Below, in pieces: positions 52,401-64,000 of a stretch of DNA of 64,000 nucleotides. The first letter of the stretch is position 1, and every line of letters begins with the position of its first letter. The DNA is taken from positions 44,010-108,009 of IMG/VR virus record IMGVR_UViG_3300021254_000026. One strand, written 5' to 3'. This DNA is from a virus (lineage: Duplodnaviria; Caudoviricetes). Under the pieces are notes generated by a model that ran no database searches, had not been told where the DNA came from, and saw only the letters and a list, made by a program, of their open reading frames with translations. The position numbers and the translations under genes were made by a program.

Positions 52401-54352
52401 ATTTCAACATTACCTATAATACCATCCATTACTTGTGAATTAGAGTCTGCATTTACAACTTCATCTGCAATGAATGTCCCAAGTAAAGAATTTCTATTTT
52501 TAGAGTTTTCTCCACCTAATTTTGCAGACATTGTCGGATCATACTAATCAGAAATTTTAACAACATCAATTAATCCTGTAATTCTATTTTTAAATAATAA
52601 TATTCCGAGCTAATCAAGTACAGGATCTAAGTCGGTTGCTGTTAAAAGTTGGTATTTAATACTATTATTATATTTTCCAAGTTGTTTCTACAACCATAAT
52701 GGATCATCACTACTATATGATTTACCTCCAGATAGATTATGAAAGTCTACAAGTTCATCATTCTCCATAGCCTAAACAAATGATTTTCTAATAGAGGAAG
52801 TAGTAATTGGAATATAGTCTTCTCTTTTCTAGAACTTCTATTTTACTTTATCAAATATTTGAGCTTCTGCTTCTGCTTGAGATTTAGTTCCGCTAACAAC
52901 CTCTTTATTTTTATCATTAGATTTAGAATATTTAAATTCCCAGTTGTTAGTAATTTTATTTTTCTTTACTCCACCATGACTTTGGATATATTTAGTAATA
53001 TCTTCGTCAGTCATATTTTTTTTCTTAGCTAATTCTTTAAATAAGATTTTTTCTTCATCTTGGATAGCAGAAAGAATTTCTCCAGTAGATAGGTTTTCTA
53101 AATTTAACACTGAAGGAAATATTTGTTCTAAATTAGACTCAATTGTATGATAAAGATTACCACCAGTAGTATATTTAGTATTAGGAAGCATTTGAATAGC
53201 AGTATCTAATGAAGATACTCCGTCAAACTGAACCTTTTTAGTAGTAGAATCAAATCTATAATTCTAAAATTGTAATGGAATTATAGCTAAATCAATTTCA
53301 GCGGAAGAATTAATTCCAATAGAGTTTAATAGTCTACGATAAGCAGCTAACTAATATTGAAATGTTCTAATTTTAGCAGGATCGTATTTAGTTGGATCTT
53401 CTTGTTCATTAAATTCGGTATATTCTTTAGGAGAACATTTAAAGTCTAAAATTCCCATTCTACCATCTCTAGATACAACAAATAAGTCCATTTTACCTAC
53501 AATTGGTATAGAATCATTACCGAATACTCCACTACCAGTAACTTTCTTTTCAGAAAGAATCATACAATCATCACCGTATTTATCTCTAATTTCTTTATCA
53601 ATTTTACGAGATTGTTCTACCATAGAATCAATTAAAGAATCAGAAATATAGTCCTAATACTTTTTATAGAATTCTTCTTTAACTTTATTTTTAAAAGCAT
53701 TTCTAAGTTCAGTTTCTGTAAGATTGCAGAATCTTTTTTCATTGTCTTTAGATTTATAAAAATCAGAAAGAATAGCGTGAACTAAATCACCACAAAGAGC
53801 TTGTTGTTTCCAAACATCAGTCATTCTTTCTCTTATTTTCTCAAGAGTACTTGAATCTATAACAGGTTGTAACTAATCTCCAACCTTTGGGATTAAATCT
53901 TCAACAAATGGAAGTTGTATAGCTACTTTAGGATCGTCGTATTTACCCTATCTATATTTTTCTAACTAACCTCCAGAGTTATTAGGCCCATTCCAATAAT
54001 TATCTTCTATAAATATAGGGAATAAAGGATGTTCCTAACCGTTAGAATCAATAGTACGGATTTCATGAATTAATTCAGTAATAGATTTATAACGTCCATT
54101 TCCTTTTAATCCATCCATATCCTCAGGTTCCCCCTCTTCTTCTGGAGTTTTTATTTCTCCTCTTTTTATAGCATCTTCAACAGCTTTATTAGAACTATTA
54201 ATCTTATCTAAAGTAGTTAATTGCTATCTACTCCAGTTTTTAAATACTATATCTCCAAGAGAAGGTTTTAGTGCAGAAGTAACTAAAAGATATTCATCTA
54301 AATCTGCTTCTGATTCAAAAACTCTATTATTGTATATATACTTACATTTCAT
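49424..54352 (-). CDS. giant virion-type protein with PD-(D/E)xK nuclease domain (TAG=Gln), 1642 aa
   Basis: Nine track fragments share one frame and end at TAG; ATG 54352 (MKCKYIYNN) to TAA 49424; GKMDL...ILDFK...Y*LAAY. Confidence 0.85.
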
Positions 54353-55416
54353 GAGCAATCCTACATTAATTCATTTTTGTTTATAAGTTCCTCTTTAGTA
54401 TTAGCCATTATCCTATGAATAGTAGCATCATCTAGAGTTCCCAAAGTATCTACATCAAAGTTATCTGAATCAAGTTCTTCAGCTAACTATATTAATGATT
54501 TTTCAAATATACTAGATAAACTTTTAACACTTTGTTTTCCAAATACTATAGAATCAATATCTCTTTTAATATTATACATTATAGTATTTATTATAGAAGG
54601 TTCTACAGAATCAAACATACTAGATTGTCCTGTAATGTGTTTAGCAAGTTCGTTAACAAATATTTCTTCCTAAACATCACTTATAGTTCTTCCTGGAAAT
54701 TCTTGTGCTAAGATATTAAAATTAGGAAGTTGTTCAGTACTCTAAACTAACTAAAAATAAAGATTTGGATTTCCAAATCTAATTGAACCTAAAAATAAAT
54801 GAAGTTGCTCGTGAATAGGAGCATCAACTGTAGCAGAATCAGTGTTTACATAAATATTTCCATTTAATATAAATGCTTGGGCTTCTGAAACAGGAAGTCC
54901 TTCAAAAGCTGGACTATTTAATTCCGATTTAGTAATAGGAATCATTTGTATTCCATAATATTTTTGGAGCCTATCTAAAGCACTTCTTAATATTACAGAA
55001 TTAGATTCTCTAGAACCATCAAAATCGATTGATTTTTTTTCTATTTTATCGTCATTATATTCTGTAGGACGATGTAAAGTTTCAACTATAACAGCAGAAT
55101 TAAGTGGGTTTAAATGAACTTCTAAATCAGTATGTTCTTTATTAATTAAAACCATTGCTTCCTCTGGAGTATCAGTTCCTGTAACTTCCTATAATTTATC
55201 TATTGTAGTATATTTTGAATCCTTAGTAGATTTAATATCTAACTATTTATTTAAATGTTCCTCTGAATTAGCATAAGGAATTTCATCTAATTCAGGAAAT
55301 CTCCCATGTTTTTCTGAAAATCCTCTTATAAAAGAATTGACAGAAAACTCTGAAAGTCCAGACATATCTTTCAATATCTGGGCTTTCTGAGTATCTTTTA
55401 TTTCACAATAATTCAT
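54349..55416 (-). CDS. HExxH (zincin-like) protein (TAG=Gln), 355 aa
   Basis: ATGA overlaps at both ends; at least 7 in-frame TAGs; NGNIYVN...APIHEQLHLFLG. Confidence 0.85.
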
Positions 55417-58400
55417 TGGCAATTATTTTCATCATTGAATATAGTATCTAAAGCACTTTGAATAACTTCAAGATTATATACTTTCTATTTATTCTTAGTT
55501 TGTTTTATAAATATTTCGGAAAGTTTTGTAGCAAATCCTTTCTATTTAGCTAAATTAAGAATCTAATCAGTAGAGTATTCTGTTCCTTCGTATTGAACTT
55601 TAATATCTTTAATTTTAGCTTCATTAGTCATTTTATAATTTCCAAATTCTAACATTTCATTAGGATTCTCTTCAGGTTCACTTTGAGATTGTGTTTGAAC
55701 CTATCCTACAAGAACATATTTTGCTCTTTCTAGAATACTACTCATATCTGATTTTGAAACTGTTCCTTCATCCATTTCTGGACCACCTTCAAGTTCATCT
55801 AATAAATCCTAATTCTCTTCTGTACTAGAAGAATTATCATTAGAACTAGTTTTATAATATAATGAAACTTTACCAGTTTCTCTATTTCTTACATAAATAA
55901 ATGGAATTTTTAACGAAGGCTTGATTTCAAAAATATTCATTAAAGGAGCAATAGCTATCATTAATTCTTCATCAGAACTAAATTGAACAGGAATGTTTTC
56001 GTGATTAGACCAAAATTCATTATATTGTCTTATAGATTCAAAATTATTTGCTGAAACTAAATCTTCAAATAAATCTGTAAGAGATAACTATCCTGCCTAA
56101 TTGTTATAAGCAATTATATTATAATAGAATAACTAACTAACAACTTTAGCCGGAAGTTTATCTAAATCACCCTTAGCTAAATCGAACTATACTAAATCAG
56201 ATGGGTTTTTAGTATTAACCTATCTTATTTTAGCAAGATTTATTGTTTGATTATGGTCAGGATTATAATCATAGCTTCTATAACCCAAATACTATAAGAA
56301 TTTATTTGCAGGATATTTAGACTATAATTCTGGGAATACTATATATTGTATCCAATCTTTAAACTTTTGATTATCTTTGTCATAACCTAAAGTTATAGAT
56401 TGTGTACCCTCTTCCATTACAACCTTTCCATCTTTTATTTCAAACTAAGGAATAGTATATTTTATGTTTCTGCTTCTTAAATATTCCTAATTAATTTTAC
56501 GATATATAGTTGGAAGAATATTTCTTCTAATCTACTCAACTGTTTTAGAATTAGCGTTCATTTTTGGAACAATTCTATCGTTAATATCTAGAGCTGTTCT
56601 ATAAGCGGTAGAAGAGTTTTTACCCATCTATATTGCAAGATTAGCTGTTCTTAAGTATGAATGATAATGACTTACTCCATCAACAACTTTAAATATATTC
56701 ACAGCAAATTTAATTTTACCATAAATATCCTTTACTAACTTATTATATTCAGAGTCTGATACAAAAGCATTTAAATCTACATAGTAAGGAGATTTCTAAA
56801 CATCGATTGATATAAGTCCCTAATCATATAATTGCTAATTGAGTTGTTGTAATTGATTAAGTTGGTCCTAAACATCATAGTATTTAGTAACATTTTCCTA
56901 ACCAACGGTTCCTATTCTCTTTGTGATAATAGAACCAAAATTACTCAAGAAATTAAATTGGTCTTCCATTTTATTTGGAATACCTTGGTTAAGAGCAAGT
57001 AATGGACGTAATGCAGACATTTCTTGTGAAAATTCATCAAGTCTAGCAATTTGTGTTAATATCTTATGTTGTTCTCCATCCATTCCTTCAACTAAATCAT
57101 TATCTACAATATTTTGGTAATCAATCCAATTCACTATTTCATCCATATTTGATAAGAAATATGAATTACCATAGAAATTAGAACGAATTTTCTTAATTTC
57201 AGAAGTAAAATCTTCAGAACTTATTTCCTAAATTCTATCAATTAAATTTGAAATTTCATTATTAGTAGGAGAGGAATTTTTATCATCAAGATACTTGTAT
57301 AAATCATTAATCTATTCTTGAACTACAGCTTTCTTTGCTTTTAATTCATTAAGTTTATTTAATGTAGAATTTTCTTCTTCGGTAAGAGCTTCCCCGTCAT
57401 TCAAATTCTATCTTTTTTCTAATAATGAATTAAGTAATTCTTCTCTTTTTTTACTAAATCCTCTATACTCATGAGTTCCTTTTAATAAAGCAATCTAATC
57501 TTTAATAAATTGTTCTCTATCAAACTGTAATAAAGAAGATTCTGCATTTGGATTAGATAAGAATTTAAATATTTTCCTTAATTGTTCACGAAGGTTTTTA
57601 TTCTTTAAGAATTCATCCAATTTAGTTTTACTTAAAACTTCTTCTGGTTGGAGTAATCCTAATCTCTGGAATAATGGAGAAATATCTTTATACTACTAAT
57701 CATTAAAGTAAACAGAAGGTGGTCTTTGTAAGTATTGAATAGCTTGAGTTAATCTGTTAAACCCTTTTTGTTCATTAAATACATTACCCTTAGTAAGATT
57801 ACTTAAAAGAATACCTGTATCACTTAATGTAAGTTTTGCAACTTCTTCTACTGATAATCCGAGTATAACACCTGAATTAAATAAGGACATCATTTCTGGA
57901 CCCGAATTTAATTTAGCAAGTACAGGGTCTTTTGCGTTATCGGTTGCCAAACTTAATAATGCTGACTTAATAAGAAATGCATCATTATAATTATCAACAG
58001 TTCTAAGAGCTTCTCTTGCTTTTTCACTTTTAATATTATCAGAATTTCTAGTATAAGCATTAGCAATCATTTGAACCCTATGTCCATTGATTACTCTATC
58101 AAATACTAAATCATCCTAATCTTCTTCTGAACCTTCATCAAGAGTTTGATAAATATACTAACTTATTCCTTCAAAGTTTTTAAGCGATGATGCTACAATA
58201 CCCACATTCTCTTTACCAGCAAGTGTGAGAGTAAGCATAAAAAATTTAGAAAATACTGAACCTCTATCAGCTTTAGTAGAAGCAGCAAGTAATCTTTGGA
58301 ATTCAGGTTTCTTTAACAAATCTTTTACTTTAGCTGTTTGGTCATCGATAGCTGCTTGGGCTTGTATCTAATTAATAGGACTCTTAGAAATGTCTTTAGT

Positions 58401-61400
58401 TCTAATAGATACAAAGTTATAAGCAGCATCTCTTCTATCTTTTCCTTTTAAAAAAGTATTGTGATAATCAACAATATTTTTAATATTAGGATTAACTGTT
58501 TCTGGAACATATCCTAATTTGTTATAAGTTCTAATAAGAATACCTAAATCTGGAGCTAATTCAATTATATTCTCCGAAATTCGTTTAATATTAATATCCT
58601 AAGCTAAACTTTCTCTAGTAAATATACTTTCATTAAATTCATCGAAATCAACATTTATGTTATACTATTTAGTATTAATTCCATCTCTAATTCCTAATGC
58701 TTCTAGATTTCTATTAGAAATATTAAAATTATAACGTATTCTAATTCCTTCTGGAATTTTAGAAATAGCATTTCTTAATAATTCGTACTATTCTAAAGGT
58801 GGATAAGACTCAAAACTATCAGAACAATTTAAATAAACATCTCCGGTTTCAGGATTTGTAAATATCACTAAAGAATTACCATTTCGAGTATAGATTATTG
58901 TTTCACCTAAATCTCCAGTAATTACAGTTAAATTATTCTATAAAACATCATAAGGTCTTCTTTCCCCTTCCCTTACTTCCAATTCCTTGTTAGTAGGGAA
59001 TGGTAATTTCTTAGAAGATTCGAAAGTATCTTTGGACTACATGTTAAAATAAGGGCTCCATGTCTTAAGTTTTCCATGATTAAACTTTAAACCTAATACG
59101 GAGATCTTATCGATATCATAATCGGATCCTTGTAACCAAAGCTACCAACGTGATACATATGCAGAGTTCTTAGACTCACTTCCAAACGCTGCAACCTCCA
59201 TTGCCATGAATGATTGCTAAGATTGTGCTGGAGTTCTAGATACTACCATTTCTAATGATGATAAGAATGATGTATGAGTTTCAATTCCAGACTTAATCAT
59301 TCCTCTAAATATAGGATTTTGCTAAGCAAGTTGCTCTAAACTAATTCCTTCGTTCAAATCACTTTCAAATTGTGATATTTTTTGTTTAGTGAATTCGGAA
59401 TCATTAGCTATAAAGTTTACAGCTTCATTTAGCAAATCTTCATCTTCTAATATATCAGAAACAGTTAAAGTAATATCTTCAGTTAATAAATCTGCTAATT
59501 CAGTATTTCCTAAAGCAGTATTTAGCACTGAATTTATAAAATTGTTTCCAACCTAGAGTCTATTCTAATAACGATTATTAATAACTCTAGTTATTAAATC
59601 TAGTTTTTTTCTAACAGTTTTGTTAGTACTTTCATCAAGCTATCTTAAAATCTAACTCTTATCTCCCCAACTATCAGCTGAGAATATAATATGAGAATAA
59701 TTAAATTCATCTAAGAAATGAGCTAAATTGTTAGAATAAATTACTTCCTAACCATCAAATGTTCTATAAATTTGAACATCACGAATGATTGTTCCGTTTT
59801 CTCCAAGATGATAAGGAATAGAATACATTCTCTATCCATCTGGTGTTATTCTATAAACAACATCACCATCTATTTCTATATCGAAATTAACAGGAGTTAA
59901 TTCTCCCTAATCAATAACTTGTGGGATTAATCCTAAATAGATGTGATTGCCATTTAAAGTTTTTAATTCTAAATCGTAAAGAGAAGTTTTCTCTATTTTA
60001 GATTTCCAATTCTATAAAGCTCTTCTGATAAAGAAAGCCTAGTCTTCTTTGATACTCTTAATATTATCACCTTCCTTTAATCCGAATTCAGTTTTATACA
60101 TCATCGGCATGATAGCTTCATATCCTTTAGTTTCTGTTTTAGATTTATCAACTCTGACTCTCTATCCATTTACATATACTTCAGATTCAACACCTTCAGA
60201 TAAAGCATTTAAATCACTTTGAAGCTATCTTCTTAATTGAATTTTAGCTTCTTCGTCTTCAGAATTATTTAGTTCCCAAAGCCTTCTAACAGAATCAAGT
60301 TCCCAAATACTATAATAATTTCCTTCAGTATCAGCAAATCTTACTTGATACATTGATAAATCGTGACCAACAGGTTTAGATTCATCATCCATAACGGATT
60401 CGTATACTATAACTCCACTTTCTAATTGAGGCTGTAGTAAATAAATACTAGCAGGAGTAGTCATATTTATAATAGGTCCAATTTCTCCAGTTTCTGGATT
60501 TATAGTTCTATAATTATGACCTATTTGTATTCTAGATAAATCAGTTATAAGATTTTGTTTATTAGCATTTTCTAATGCTTGTAATTCTTCAGGATGTGCA
60601 TCGTAATATCCAGATAAATGACCATCTATAATATTAAATCTTCTGTTAGATGGATTTAATACTAACATTCCTCCTTCGAACTTAAGTCTAATTGCTTTTT
60701 CAAGCTAAGAAGAAATACTAGAAATCATCTTCTAGAATATTGCAGGATGACTTATTGGGAACTTACCTTCAATATTAGACCAATCAAATTTATTATTTCC
60801 TATATCAGTTAATGAAGCAGCTAAAGCATTTAACATATTTCCATCATCACTAGATACTCTAGTAAGAGTTTTATATATAATTTGTGCAATAGCATTTTTT
60901 AATAATTCAGGATTTCCAGAAGTATTTAATGCTTCTAATCCTTCTAATCCATCCTTATTAACTACTTCTGCAATAGCTTCGAGAGCTTCATAACATTCTT
61001 GAGCTTGTTCTCTAGAATATCCACGAGCACCTAAAGCATTAATTACCTGAGTCATAAGAGAAACGGATTCATCTTCAGCGTTATGTTCAGCATCAAGCTG
61101 TTCTCCTATATCATAGGAATTTATAGTCATATATGTTAGATGATAATCATCATTAAAGTAAGCATCTTTAGTATTGATATTAGCACCTCCGTATTTTACA
61201 GCACCACCAGTTGCAATAATATCAATTTGGGCTTTCTTTAATACTTGGTCTACTCCAGTCTAATCAAATATTTTATCATATTTTTTAACACCAACATTGT
61301 TAATAGCTTTTACAAGCATTTCAACTGAAGTATTATCTTGTAAATAAGTTAAATTGCCATCAGAATTAATGTGTCCAGAATAAGCTCCTCCAAATACATT

Positions 61401-64000
61401 CCATAACTACCAGTTAGTATTTACTTTTCCTAACTCTTGATGTTGTACTTGTGTTCCATTAATAGGTTCACCATTAAGAGCAACTTCTTCAACATTAACA
61501 TAAGTTATATCGTTTTCAACAGTTGGGTGAGAGTATTTAAACCATTTATTTGTAGTAGGATCATATTTGAACCAAGGACCGTAGTTTATTCTATTTCCGT
61601 TATAGTCTCTAGTCCAATCCATATCCTAAGACCAAGGAATATTTAACATTTGTTTATTAAGACGAGCATTAAATCCGTTCGAATCTCTGATTCTATCATT
61701 AGTAAGAGCAAATCCAGCAGTTTTTAGAATAAATCCAATTCCAGATTTATCTCCCATATGATGTGCGAAAGGCTTTTTATCAGTACCCATCGCATCACCT
61801 CCTAATGAGTTATTATCAAGGTAATTCATAGTTGGATTATAGAACGAAGCACCATCAAATGGTTTTGTTCCACCAGCATCAAAATTACCATTATAATTAA
61901 ATACTACATCTTTATCATCTTCAATAATAGCAACATTAAGAGTATTTCGGATTCCATTTAGATTTCCAGCAGCCTCTCTATGTTTAGATGCAGTATAAGA
62001 TACATAACGTTTAATAGCCTAACCAAATTGTTCAGATTCTCTTAATCTAATATCATTAGATTTTGCAGGGTGAGAAACATAAGTACCAGTAGTAGCCATT
62101 ATAAATTCTTCACCTAAGAAGAAATCTAATAAATTATGTTTAAGCATTTCTGGATTAATTTCTAATGTATAATTATCATCAGATTGTAAATCTAATTTTT
62201 CAATTATATTAGAAATTCCTAATTCATCAGCTACATACTAAACCATCGGATCTTCATCAAAGTAGCTATCAATACCCTAACGAGCAACTTGAAGTTTGAT
62301 ATAATTAATTAAAGATTCTTTATTGACTTTACCATTCTCAGTGAAATCATTTTCTACTTTTCTATTCCAAGATTCTTCAAATCTTTCAATATCCTATGCA
62401 ATTTTTGGATTTAACTTAGTCATTACTATAGAATACTATCCTTTAGCTTCATCAAGTAATGTAGCAGCAGCTGTTCTAGTATTTAATTTTATATCGCCAA
62501 TTTGAGTAATTTTATCAGTAATTTGGTTTATGTTTTCAGGTTTTCTTAATTTCCAAGCAATATTTCTTCTATTTATAGCATCAAGAGTAGCTTGTAAATT
62601 GAAAGCTGGATTATCAACATCAAAAGTAGGGAATGATTTTAAATCTACTTCTTCAGAGAATCTCTTATAAGGATACCACTCTTTTAAATCCCTAGTTTGA
62701 GTAATTCTAATGGATTTATCTCCATTATGAATTTTTGCTATCGCTATATTTTCTCCTCTAATAAAATCTTTATTAAATTTAATTGCAGTAGCAATAGCCT
62801 ATCCAGGTCTTTCTGTTTCTCCTGATTTAACTTTTAATTTAGTTCCTGATTGTAGAAAATCGGTAACAAGTTGGATTTCTTTTCTTCTCCAGAAATCTTC
62901 ATATGTTTCATCAGTTGGAATACTAGTAAGAGGATTATAATATTTATCTAAAACCTATTCTAAGTAGTCATTAGTTGTAATAATCTTATTTTGATTCTGA
63001 GATTTTAATGTATTGTTTATAGACTATTTCCATAGTTTTGAATTTTCTTCATCGTTTGCTCCTCTATCAATATTTCTCTAAATAAATATGGAATCATTTA
63101 TATTTAATATAAATTTAAAATCATTAGGAAATAATCTTAATAATAAGTGTGGTGAAGCAACTAATATTTTATTTTCCTATTTAGCTTTATTCTTTACTCT
63201 TTCCCAATTCTTAGTAACGAAATCTATATAATCTTGATGTTTCTCAGGATTTATAAGATATTCATTTCTAACTTCCTAAAATTTTCTAGTGTTAATCTTA
63301 GTGTTAGAATGTTCAGCTATCCACTAATCTCTGAGATAATTAAATTCAACATCCCAATCAATTAGCTAATTTTTATATTTTCCATTTTCTACAGAATAAG
63401 TTTTTCCGATTGCGGGATGTGCCCAAATTATATCAGAATTCTAAATAGTAACATCAAATAATTTCATCTAATGTATAATAGATGGATTATTAGTTAGCTA
63501 ACCTTTATTATTAATATATCCAACCTAATCGATAATTTCAGGATTTTCTCCAGCTAATTGTGCTAAATAAATAGCTTCGTGTAGAACTTCTATTGCTTTG
63601 TTACCATAAGCGTTATTAGCATTTTCAAAGTTATCTTTATAATCGAACAAAGTAGGATTTTCAATTCCTAAATTCTAACAAGCTTGTATTACATATTTAT
63701 TAACAATAGAATATTGATTTATTATATTATCAAATACTTTCTTATAATACTATCCGAATTCTTCTTTAATTATTGATTTAACATCATCATTAGTTAAATC
63801 ACGAAGTCTTAATGGAGTTTTAGTATCTTTCCAATATTTCTATGGTAATTGAGCATCCCAATTAAACTTAAGTTTAGGAAGATTCGATTTATCAGAAACT
63901 ACAGGTCCCATTATTCTTAATGTACCTCCGTTTTTATTGGATGAATTTCCATTTTCATCAGTAGTTTCTAAATCTCCATACATATCATATCTAATAGAAG
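55413..64000 (-). CDS. giant crAss-type DNA-directed RNA polymerase, 5'-partial (TAG=Gln)
   Basis: Seven track fragments in one frame; SRTPAQS*QSFM and catalytic GSDYDIDK (59106-59129); >2860 codons ending TGA 55413; frame spot-checked, not read codon by codon. Confidence 0.9.

Noticed and set aside
49424-64000. Pseudogene decay or many small genes on the - strand
   Set aside because: The fragments share frames, end at TAG, and catalytic motifs are intact; recoding explains them

Overview
AT-rich 64-kb segment of a large crAss-like (Crassvirales-type) phage of a Bacteroidota host. It uses two genetic codes. (i) The + strand from ~8.7 to 49.3 kb is a replication and nucleotide-metabolism module, almost entirely in the standard code. 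It encodes RNase HI, an SF2 helicase, DnaB, an AAA_24 ATPase, primase, RtcB, a Holliday-junction resolvase, GroEL, a RecE-like exonuclease, class II RNR, dUTPase, DNA ligase, an RpoD-derived sigma factor, family-B DNA polymerase, ThyX, three metallophosphoesterases and a PncA-like protein. The ATPase and PolB genes are each split by a group I intron carrying a GIY-YIG endonuclease. (ii) The - strand from 49.4 to 64 kb holds three coupled genes that are open only if TAG is read as Gln. They are the giant RNA polymerase (GSDYDIDK, running off the window), a HExxH protein, and a 1642-aa protein with a PD-(D/E)xK domain. TAG-recoded genes also occur on the + strand (1.8-6.6 kb, 9.2-9.9 kb, and one TAG at codon 5 of the resolvase). 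The 1.4-8.7 kb region is rich in RNA elements: a circularly permuted two-piece tmRNA (tag GNKSIFLDRVTRLAA), tRNA-Thr, tRNA-Gly, a tRNA-like RNA with a 60-nt insert replacing the anticodon loop, and three unassigned structured RNA candidates around a recoded ART-like effector / small gene / DUF1810 cassette. A recurrent promoter variant (TTTG-N19-TAnnWTWA) may be read by the phage sigma factor. No amber suppressor tRNA was seen in this window. All calls come from reading the sequence by eye; no searches or folding programs were run.
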